Positions 27,090-39,100 of a stretch of DNA of 64,000 bases are shown here, in pieces (positions within the stretch are counted from its first letter, which is position 1; each line of letters begins with the position of its first letter). The DNA comes from Amphiscolops sp. MND2022 (taxonomy: Eukaryota). The DNA lies in NCBI GenBank assembly GCA_964187785.1, contig OZ076409.1:34474001-34538000 (forward strand), given 5' to 3'. The position numbers were made by a program, and so were the translations under genes. Under the pieces are notes generated by a model. The model worked only from the letters and a program-made list of their open reading frames with translations, did not search any database and was not told the origin of the DNA.

Positions 27090-27153
<64 letters not shown>

Positions 27154-30100
27154 GGTTTTTCCCGAAGGAGGGGACAGGGTCCCAGAATTCCACAGGTTCT
27201 CCTTAAAGTTGTCCGGCTTTCGCCTAACTCGTCATTTTCCTAACACGTCGACTTTATATGATAATTGTAGGAATTGGCAAAATATTCTTTGAAAACTTTG
27301 GTAAGATCTTCTTTAATTGTGGGAGATAGTAGGTCAATGTCTTTCTTGGTCGCTTGGTGAATCGCAATAGACCGGTACCAGAAATTTTGTCTACTTGAAG
27401 ATAATCGCAGTTTCGGTAGTACAAATAATTCGGACTCGGCAGCTCTCGTTCTTTTATCTGAAGGGGGAAAACGTACCTTCGGCTCCCAGTCATAGTTGTA
27501 CTTGTCATTGACTATTCGACTCAAGAGAAGGATATCATGTAACTCAATGTATAGCGAGATTGGTAATAAATTCAGGCGGTGTAGTCTCATTTTGTAATCT
27601 GGCTCATGGTCGATCCATTTCGTAACGCGTGCCTGAAACAATTCTAAAGCAGAAAGCGAATTGGTATTTGCATGGCTAACTTGCATGCCATAAGTTAAAA
27701 TTGGGACTAATAAACCACGATATAAGTTCATTTTCGCTCCTATGGATGTTCTCGGGGAAACATTTCTTCTGATCATGTGAAACATGCTATAGGCTTTAGA
27801 AACTCTACTTTTAATATGCTCGCTCCAATTCAGATTGTCACAGATGATAACTCCCAGGTCCTTTTCACATTGTTTTCTCTCAAAAACGGAATTTCCAAAC
27901 AAAAAGGGTCCCTGGTCTTTGCCCTTGAATAGCAGATAACCGCATTTACTAATATTGGCGCTCATTCTGTTGGAATTACACCATTCAAGGATATGTCTCA
28001 AGGATAATTGGAGATTTTGATGGTCGTCAGAATATAGTTTTAGGTCATCAGCGAATAATTTGGAATCCACGCTCAAGTTTTTAACTACATCATTGATGTA
28101 AATGACAAACATTAGTGGTCCCAGCAGCGACCCTTGGGGGACACCACTTGTGGCGTATTTGTAATCCGACAAACTGCTGTTTATTCTAACTCTTTGCCTT
28201 CTGTTACTAAGGTAATCCCTAAGTATGTCATGTAGACCCCCCTGAATCCCAGCTGACCATAGCTTCCGTACAAGGATGTTGTGGCAAATTTTATCAAAGG
28301 CTTTTTCGAAATCGATGTATATTGTCGCAAAGTAAGAAATATCCTGATTTTCTCTAGCTCGGTAGATATCGTCCACATAGTCCAAAAGTTGAAGAACGGC
28401 AGATTTGTTTCTAGAAAAGCCGTACTGAGAAGAATTTATATCATCCTTGACGTGTGCATATATGGCATCGTATAGTATGCGTTCGTAGACCTTCGATATC
28501 GTGCAAAGGAGCGCCACTGGGCGATACATTTCAACGCAGCTCTTGTCACCCTTTTTGAACAGCGGAACTATTGTGGCATCTTTCCATGCTGACGGGAATT
28601 TGTGCTTATTTGCAGCGGTCCTCAGGAGTAGGTAAATTGACGGAGCTAAAGATTCGGCACACTTTTTGAGGAAAACATTCGGAATATTGTCTGGTCCACG
28701 TGATTTGTTCACGTTTAAATTAGACAGTATTTTAACAATATCGCGCACGCTGAAGTGTATACTGCTGGTTATAATCCTTGGTTCAGTATTTACCAACTCA
28801 TCGGATTCCAACAATTGGGTAGCAATGTTATACACACTTGCGAACCACTTGTTAAATAAATTCGCTTTGTCAGTATCAGTTTGGACTTGCTTGTCTCTAT
28901 AGTGCATAACTGAGGGGAGTCTGTCAGGTGATTTGATTTCTTTGATACAGCGGTAAATTTTGTCAAAACGTCTTGACCTAAACACATTTTCCTCGTAATC
29001 TAATTGATCTATACTTGTCATCTCCTTGATAGTTGTAAGCAGGTTTAGAATTTTGCACGATCGGGCATACGAAAAGTTTCGTAACTGTTTTGATTCCATT
29101 GATTTCACTTTCCTTATAACGCATGAAGTTTCTGGTTTAATCCATGCTGGTAAAGATGATCGGTGCTTGGTGCGTTTGGGAATGGTTTGTTTGTGAATTT
29201 CATCTAACCAAGTGTACCATTGCTCAGTAAGAACATCCACATTACTATAACAGTACGGAGTAAAAGGGTTTGATAATATATAATCGTTTACGGATGGAAA
29301 GTCCGCTTTTGAGTGAGAGTAGCAATTGAGTTTGGCGTGGGGTGTTGGGTCATAATAGGCCTCGAACGTCATGGAATAGGGATAATGGTTGCTCAGTGGT
29401 TTATCGTCAATGGCAAACGATTTATGCATAGTAAGATTTATCTTACACAGGGTCACAAATTCTGGGCTGTTCGTGAGAATGACCTGGAGTGAATTTCCAG
29501 ATGAGTTTCATGAATCATTTGGTCGAAATTGTAGTAGACAAGTAAATCCAATATTTCCGATTCAAAGTTATCAGAAGACTCCATCACATACCAATTGGTA
29601 AATTCAAAGTTTTTATCTCCGGTGATAATTACGTGCTCTATGTTATTGCTGTTCTTCAGATTATCTATATTCACAAGGAAGTCCGTGAATTTTTGTAAAG
29701 ACCATTTATAGGTACTATTGGCTGGGGCTGAGTAAATTGATGCAATTAAAATCTTTGTATCATCGAGATCGATTTGCACACAGGCACAATCGTCATTGGC
29801 TACATTTGGAAGTTGTATTTCTTTAGAGATAAGCTGCTTCGACAACACAATTAACGTACCTCCGTGACTTGTTTTATCGCCCGATTTGGATGGTCGGTCG
29901 CCTCTGAATACATTGAACTGGTTTAAGAATAACAAATTGTTTGAGATTGCTGAGGTAAGCCATGTTTCTGATAAACAAACGATATCAATGTCCTGTAGCG
30001 CTAATGAGTTGGCTAATGTCTGTCTTGTAATGTAGCACTTGTAATGTGAAATTTCAAAGTCTCATTCAAAGATTGTTTTGCAGTGTAGAGACAATTGAAG

Positions 30101-33100
30101 TGAACTGGAATGATCCTAGTGTAGAGCGGATTATGTGCAATGGAACAGAAACGGAAGAAGCTACATACTGTGGTACCATGGTCAACTTCCCTGTTTCTCA
30201 AACTGAGAGGACTACGTGCAGTTTTGACGTCACTCACTTCCCCTTCGACGAACAAAGTTGCCCAATTCAGTGAGCTCATCATTCTACATTTGAAAACACA
30301 AGGCTTTTCTACCCATAAATGGGGACCGTAACTAGAGGTCTGGTTATATTGATCTCTCACAGCGTTATATGAAAATACCATGCCGGGAAATAAATTTTTT
30401 CCACAATCGTTTCAAAATGGAACATTAAAAACTTAAAAAGTAATGCACTGCCATGATTTTGACCATAATTATGATCACGATTAAGCGTTGCTCCGGACTC
30501 CATGCGATTCCATACATGAAAGCAAACCGTGCACCTAGTACGAAAACATTTTAAAAATTCAATGTAAAAGTTTCTTTGTTTTTCCACAGCATTGGGCCAT
30601 GGTACACGGAAGCTAACGGATCTTCAGATTTGGTTTTCAACTTGCGGTTCATAAATGAAGGTGAGTTTTAATAAATCACCATCAACCTTAATTTGTTTCT
30701 AACTAGTTTCTTTTCTACATCCAACTCAGCTCCATTTTCGGAGACAACCCATTTCCGTGAGATTGTTCGAACTTAGTTGAAGTCATGTTTGATTTCTTGT
30801 TTCAAAATGACCTTTCTTCACTATAGGTCCAAAATAGTTTTAAAAAGCTAGAATTACAATGAGAGAAATAACCAACGCAGAAACGGTTCAGAATTATAGG
30901 TGTTGTGAATAAAAAAACAAATCCTTTCAAATATAACGGTGCAAGTGCTGCCGTGTTATGTTGTTGACAGATACATCGATGCCTCTGTTATCGTACGAAG
31001 AGAACTCCCAATGGCAGTTGATTGGTGTTCCTTTCAGACTAACAACTCGCAAAGCCAAAAAAGACATAATCCGCGATTATTTAGTTGTGGAATACAGTCT
31101 CCAGCTCAAACGCAAACCTGCTTTCTATATCTATACTCTCATTCTACCCAACTTTTTGCTTACAGGCTGGTATCATTTCTACACTTGATTAAATTCAGAC
31201 ATGCTCAACTCAGGCAAAAATTCTATACACATGAAACGCGTTATACTGAGGTCTAACTAATTATGTAACGATTGTTTCCAAGGATGGTTCAAAGAGTTAA
31301 ATTCACATATTGATCAGGGCACACATCAAGACCTTGAAACTTTAAAGGCGGAGATGATTTGAATAAAAGGAATAGTATTCAAGACAAGAGCCCTGTACTA
31401 CTTTTTTCCACTGAAGTCCCATTATTGGGATCCGCTTTCAACGAGGTGCTCCATCCTCAAACAAAATTACATTACTCACGTGTCTTTGAATACAAATATG
31501 AATATGTGGGTGACACACTAACGGTTGACAAATGAAATTCTGTGGTAACTTTGAACTTGATTGTAGACTCAAAAATGGAAACCACAAAAATGAAACAGCA
31601 TATACTTAGATAAGTGACCAGTTTTCGTTTATTTGATCAACTGTTGTAGTCCTTTTGTTTCAACCTCCCGAAATTTTAAAAGCTGGGTCTCGATAAATAT
31701 TTGTGTTATATTTTTATCCGATATACGCACCCTCAACCCGACACGAAGAAACAAATCTGCGGCAAACTCTGCAATCCAATCTCCTTCAAACACTTTCTGT
31801 TTACCTAAAACCCAACATATTTCCGATAGGCCCGTCTGAGCACTGGCAAGTGGATTGTCTTCTTTGATAAAAGGTTGACTGAAAGTTTGATCGTTCAACC
31901 CTCAATCGAACAAGATCTGGAAAAATGAGAGCTTGCAAGGTAAAACACAGCAAAGAATTCCTTGGGTTTTGAACAAGACGCCCGCTGACAAAACAGCTAT
32001 TTCATCATTTCTGCGATAACTGGCCAGTTTTTGTTTTATCGGGACTGTGCAACTTACTGAGTAAAAAAACTTCCATTTTTTTCGAAAACAAATTTCGAAA
32101 AACCATTTTTTTGTAATTTTTAGTTTTTGAGGTTTTCTGTTAAGGAAATAAGTGTCCCGAGTTCTGAGGGTAACCTCTTTTTTACTTTTGATCAAGTGGA
32201 ATTGACGAGGTTTCTTATTGATTGTGGAAAATATCTCAATTCAGTCTTTTTCGACTCTGTGCGTCTTTCCGAAATTTTCATTTCGTCGAAGGGTGCCCCT
32301 TGATTTCGTAGCTGATTTCGGCACGAGAAAGGTAGTTTATGAGCTGAAATTTGTTTCGCCATTATAGGATTTTACCGAAAAAAAATGAAAAATTGGCTTT
32401 TTGTGATTCCTGTCAGTGAAAAGTGGTTCCCTAGTCTCTGGCATATTTTTTGGGTTATTTTTGGCACTGACAAAATGGTATGAGCTTGAAACTAGACTAT
32501 TTACAAGGTTAGGAGACTTGAGTGGTCTCAGTTTGTTATTTTGTTGCACATAGTTCCACCAGAAATGTCAAAAATTGGAAATTTTTTCGACAACTTTGGG
32601 ATCAGTTTGAGGAACTTTTCTAACGTGAATCTACTGATGTCTCTTCACAAATGAGCCTACTGGACACCGAGTTTATTTGCTGTTGAATGCTTAGACCATT
32701 CTAACCTGCTTTAGTAGCTCGACACATTTTCTTTTGGAAGGGGTACTCCATATCTAGCGATTTTGCTTGGAGTTTATAGATTAATAACGATTTGACAAAC
32801 AAGGTCGAATTTTACGTTTTTAAGTGAAGTTTTTGAAAGTTGTGCGAATCAACCTGTCTGATATCTTTTCGAAACACTGCTGGTAGCTACACGTTTCAAC
32901 CCCGAGTCTATGAGTTTTCTGAGTAAAGTAAACTTCCGAGAAGGGTCCAAAGTTAGGACAATGTTGTCTGAAATTGAGGAATATGGGAACTTTTGACACC
33001 TTTGTTGTAAACTCGACGAACTTCTTCCTACTTTTTTCTCGAATTGCGTTTAGAATACCCTATTGTTTCAACGCTCGGTTCAAACTTGCCTTTTGGATAC

Positions 33101-36100
33101 CAAATTTTGTCCTTGTTGAGCCTTTAAAACATTTTTATGCCAGGAAGTAGTTCAAAAATTCTATAAAAAACTAAAAATTGAGTACTTGGAAAATTCTCGG
33201 TTTTTGCAGTATTTGCGTCATTATGAGGAAATTCTCTGCCATAAAAAATGTACATTTTTCTTCCAAAACGTGCTATGGATCTCTTTTATCATCTCAAGCT
33301 CTAAGAAGCTTTTATCTTACCAAAGTTTTCCAATCTTAAATTGAAACTCACTGAAAATGTCACAAATTGGCAAACATTTTGACATTTTTGACTTTTTGCT
33401 GTCCATTTTGAGCCATTTTCCAATCGAAGTCTGCGAATAATTCTTTAAAAGGCGACAAAAGTGTGAGTTTAAACTTTGTTGAACGTTTTTAGTCATTCGG
33501 ACTCCAAAACGATTCAAAACGTTGACATTGATTGTATAGAAACCAAGATGTTGAGCTTTTTTGACTCTTTTGGAGTCATTCTGAAGTGTTTTTGAAGCAA
33601 AACGCTGGCAAGTTCTCTTCAAAAAAGGTAATTCATTGCTCGTTATTTCTTTGTGGATTGTGTTGGAACTGATGACTGAAACTCTTTAAATTTCAACAGA
33701 AGTTGCATCGAAAACGACAAAAACTTCGAATTTTTTGACAATTTCAGGATCAATTTGCAGCACTTCTTTTATAAATTGAACTTATATTTTGACGAAAGGT
33801 TACGGAAACTACATATATTCGATAGTTTAGAGGTTTTAGCATTCGAGTCCACGAAATCTATGAATAATTTGACAAAAATTGAACAAAAAAGGTGAAAATA
33901 AGAAAAACTTTTGAATTTGGTTTTCCTCGATGTCAATTCCAGAAATTTTTCATTTAAAAACTGCATTTATCTTTCCACTATGCATACTGGACATCCAATT
34001 CAGTCCTTGTTGACCCTATCCAACATTCCAGTTTCCGGAGTTTGTCAAGCATTTGGAAAAAAACTGCATAAAAACTTTGAAAATTGAAAAAATTTGGGAT
34101 TTTTGTCAATTTCGTTGTCAATTTGAGACTTTTTTCATTGCAAAAATTGAAATTATCTCATTTTTAAAGACTACAGGACAAGGAGTTGCTACCTTGCTGA
34201 CGTTTCTTAACATTCCAATCCAAGAAAAATGGAAACATTTGGGTTTTTGTCATTTTCTGTGTCAATTTGAGATCTTTTACCATTCGGAAACAGCAATTAT
34301 CTCTTCGGAAAAACTACTGTACAACGAATTCGTGCCATATTAATTGTTTTCATCATTTTATTCCACGAAGTCTATCGAAAGTTTGACAAAAATTGATTAA
34401 AAACGTCAGAAATCGGATTTTTTTGTTTTTTGTCATTCTTGGTGTCAATTTGAGGTATTTTCATTTAGAAAACAGCAATTATTTCTTAATGGAAGACTAT
34501 TTGACTACGAATTTGTTCCTTGTTGAACGTTTTCAACATTCTAATTCACGATATCTGTCAAAAAATTGTATAAAACCTAAAAAATAAGACATTTTTGCAA
34601 ATTTTCTCATTTTTGGGGTCATTTTTGGGTCTTTCCGGGGTTCTTGGGGCCAACTAAAAAAGTCCAGAATTCTTCACAAAGACATATCGCACGATGCCAA
34701 ATTTATGTGAGTTGGTTTCTATGGGTGACACCCTTAAAGTTAAATATAAATTTGGTGCTTGGCAACTTTTGTTAAAAAAACCGTTTGATTTAAATACTTT
34801 TCTTTCCCATATATAAAATATGGGTGGAAAATCATAATGATTGTCCATGGAATAATAAGGATGTTTTTTAAAAAAATTTCAAGATATAAACCCGAGTTGA
34901 TAACCTGCTTCTCTTTTGCCGGACACACTTTTCGGAGAAATGGTCGTCGAAACCAAGAAATTGAGTATCCTTTTTGATTCCAGTCGGTTTTAACATCCAC
35001 GTTCGTCAGTCAGCTATCATATATATAATACTCGTCGTCACTTGGTACATTTCTCACTGTACAGTGAAAAGTATAATATTCATCGGCAAAGGCTCATTGA
35101 ACGCGATTCATCACATCGAAGACATTTTTTCTTAATGCAACGGCTACGTGGTTTCCTTCTGTAACCAATGGAGCCTTCTGTTTTACAATAATGATACCAA
35201 GTTTTAATTTGTTTCACGATATTTTGTCGCCAAAGACTGTTGCAAATCTTCTGCTTTGTTCTGCGTCAAATCAGTGAGTTTCTTTGAATGAGGCATGATT
35301 TTTGTGTCATTTTTTGACGCAGGTAACCACTCTTTCTGCCAGGACGAAATAGGTGCTGCAGTCTTTCATTCCCACTTTTGGAAATATTTAGCTTCTTCAG
35401 AGATTGTAATTGCCTTGTTTTCATCATAGAACTTCCCATCAACCGCTCGTACTCATTGTTGCTTTTAGCCTACTCACCCTGTTCACTTCAGGAGTAAGAG
35501 ACATTGTACGAAGCAAATTTTTGAAAGAAATGAAGTTGCCGGAACTTGATACCAAAATAAAACGTAAATGACGAGCAACTTCTGCCTAAATGCAAGTCTA
35601 AAGGTACTGCAAAGTTTAAATTGCCACCCGTGTAAATTATAACGTGAGAAAAGTATAAGAGGCTCAAGTTTTTAAGAGCTAGTTCATGAAATTGCAATAA
35701 AAATTCATGGAAATTGCATGAAGAAATATCAAGCCAGCGTTATCAAACTATGTATTTGTTTCAACTCTGTTTCCTAAGGGTTTCATTGAATTATATTAGA
35801 TCAAAAGACTTCAAACGCAGACTTTTGTTTTTTGTCATTCTTGGTGTCAATTTGAGGTATTTTCATTTGGAAAACAGCAATTATTTCTTAATGGAAGACT
35901 ATTGGACTACGAATTTGTGCCTTGTTGAACGTTTTCAACATTCTGATTCACGATATCGATCAAAAATTTGTATGAAACTTAAAAAATAAGACATTTTTGC
36001 AAATTTTCTCATTTTTGGGGTAATTTTTGGGTCTTTCCGGGGTCCTTAGGGCCAACTAAAAAAGTCCAGAATTCTTCACAAATACATATCGCACGATGCC

Positions 36101-39100
36101 AAATTTATGTGAGTTGGTTTCTATGGGTGACACCTTTAAAGTTAAATATAAATTTGGTGCTTGGCAAATTTTGTTAAAAAAACCGTTTGATTTAAATACT
36201 TTTCTTTCCCATATATAAAATATGGGTGGAAAATAATAATGATTGTCCATGGAATAATAAGGATGTTTTTTTAAAAAATTTCAAGATATAAACCCGAGTT
36301 GATAACCTGCTTCTCTTTTGCCGGACACACTTTTCGGAGAAATGGTCGTCGAAACCAAGAAATTGAGTATCCTTTTTGATTCCAGTCGGTTTTAACATCC
36401 ACGTTCGTCAGTCAGCTATCATATATATAATACTCGTCGTCACTTGGTACATTTCTCACTGTACAGTGAAAAGTATAATATTCATCGGCAAAGGCTCATT
36501 GAACGCGATTCATCACATCGAAGACATTTTTTCTTAATGCAACGGCTACGTGGTTTCCTTCTGTAACCAATGGAGCCTTCTGTTTTACAATAATGATACC
36601 AAGTTTTAATTTGTTTCACGATATTTTGTCGCCAAAGACTGTTGCAAATCTTCTGCTTTGTTCTGCGTCAAATCAGTGAGTTTCTTTGAATGAGGCATGA
36701 TTTTTGTGTCATTTTTTGACGCAGGTAACCACTCTTTCTGCCAGGACGAAATAGGTGCTGCAGTCTTTCATTCCCAGTTTTTGGAAATATTTAGCTTCTT
36801 CAGAGATTGTAATTGCCTTGTTTTCATCATAGAACTTCCCATCAACCGCTCGTACTCATTGTTGCTTTTAGCCTACTCACCCTGTTCACTTCAGGAGTAA
36901 GAGACATTGTACGAAGCAAATTTTTGAAAGAAATGAAGTTGCCGCAACTTGATACCAAAATAAAACGTAAATGACGAGCAACTTCTGCCTAAATGCAAGT
37001 CTAAAGGTACTGCAAAGTTTAAATTGCCACCCGTGTAAATTATAACGTGAGAAAAGTATAAGAGGCTCAAGTTTTTAAGAGCTAGTTCATGAAATTGCAA
37101 TAAAAATTCATGGAAATTGCATGAAGAAATATCAAGCCAGCGTTATCAAACTATGTATTTGTTTCAACTCTGTTTCCTAAGGGTTTCATTGAATTATATT
37201 AGATCAAAAGACTTCAAACGCAGACTTTTGTTTTTTGTCATTCTTGGTGTCAATTTGAGGTATTTTCATTTGGAAAACAGCAATTATTTCTTAATGGAAG
37301 ACTATTGGACTACGAATTTGTGCCTTGTTGAACGTTTTCAACATTCTGATTCACGATATCGATCAAAAATTTGTATGAAACTTAAAAAATAAGACATTTT
37401 TGCAAATTTTCTCATTTTTGGGGTCATTTTTGGGTCTTTCCGGGGTTCTTGGGGCCAACTAAAAAAGTCCAGAATTCTTCACAAATACATATCGCACGAT
37501 GCCAAATTTATGTGAGTTGGTTTCTATGGGTGACACCCTTAAAGTTAAATATAAACTTGGTGCTTGGCAACTTTTGTTAAAAAAACCGTTTGATTTAAAT
37601 ACTTTTCTTTCCCATATATAAAATATGGGTGGAAAATCATAATGATTGTCCATGGAATAATAAGGATGTTTTTAAAAAAATTTTCAAGATATAAACCCGA
37701 GTTGATAACCTGCTTCTCTTTTGCCGGACACACTTTTCGGAGAAATGGTCGTCGAAACCAAGAAATTGAGTATCCTTTTTGATTCCAGTCGGTTTTAACA
37801 TCCACGTTCGTCAGTCAGCTATCATATATATAATACTCGTCGTCACTTGGTACATTTCTCACTGTACAGTGAAAAGTATAATATTCATCGGCAAAGGCTC
37901 ATTGAACGCGATTCATCACATCGAAGACATTTTTTCTTAATGCAACGGCTACGTGGTTTCCTTCTGTAACCAATGGAGCCTTCTGTTTTACAATAATGAT
38001 ACCAAGTTTTAATTTGTTTCACGATATTTTGTCGCCAAAGACTGTTGCAAATCTTCTGCTTTGTTCTGCGTCAAATCAGTGAGTTTCTTTGAATGAGGCA
38101 TGATTTTTGTGTCATTTTTTGACGCAGGTAACCACTCTTTCTGCCAGGACGAAATAGGTGCTGCAGTCTTTCATTCCCAGTTTTTGGAAATATTTAGCTT
38201 CTTCAGAGATTGTAATTGCCTTGTTTTCATCATAGAACTTCCCATCAACCGCTCGTACTCATTGTTGCTTTTAGCCTACTCACCCTGTTCACTTCAGGAG
38301 TAAGAGACATTGTACGAAGCAAATTTTTGAAAGAAATGAAGTTGGCGCAACTTGATACCAAAATAAAACGTAAATGACGTGCAACTTCTGCCTAAATGCA
38401 AGTCTAAAGGTACTGCAAAGTTTAAATTGCCACCCGTGTAAATTATAACGTGAGAAAAGTATAAGAGGCTCAAGTTTTTAAGAGATGAAATTGCGATATA
38501 AATTGCATGAAATTGCAATAAAAATTCATGGAAATTGCATGAAGAAATATCAAGCCAGCGTTATCAAACTATGTATTTGTTTCAACTCTGTTTCCTAAGG
38601 GTTTCATTGAATTATATTAGATCAAAAGACTTCAAACGCAGACTTTTGTTTTTTGTCATTCTTGGTGTCAATTTGAGGTATTTTCATTTGGAAAACAGCA
38701 ATTATTTCTTAATGGAAGACTATTGGACTACGAATTTGTGCCTTGTTGAACGTTTTCAACATTCTGATTCACGATATCGATCAAAAATTTGTATGAAACT
38801 TAAAAAATAAGACATTTTTGCAAATTTTCTCATTTTTGGGGTCATTTTTGGGTCTTTCCGGGGTTCTTGGGGCCAACTAAAAAAGTCCAGAATTCTTCAC
38901 AAATACATATCGCACGATGCCAAATTTATGTGAGTTGGTTTCTATGGGTGACACCCTTAAAGTTAAATATAAATTTGGTGCTTGGCAACTTTTGTTAAAA
39001 AAACCGTTTGATTTAAATACTTTTCTTTCCCATATATAAAATATGGGTGGAAAATCATAATGATTGTCCATGGAATAATAAGGATGTTTTTAAAAAAAAT

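Larger units (their letters stand above)
27090..30012 (-). mobile_element. 5'-truncated CR1/L2-group non-LTR retrotransposon with (ATT)n tail
   Basis: APE endonuclease plus RT on the minus strand, short 3' UTR, tail 27090-27152 reading (ATT)n on the element strand. Confidence 0.9.
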
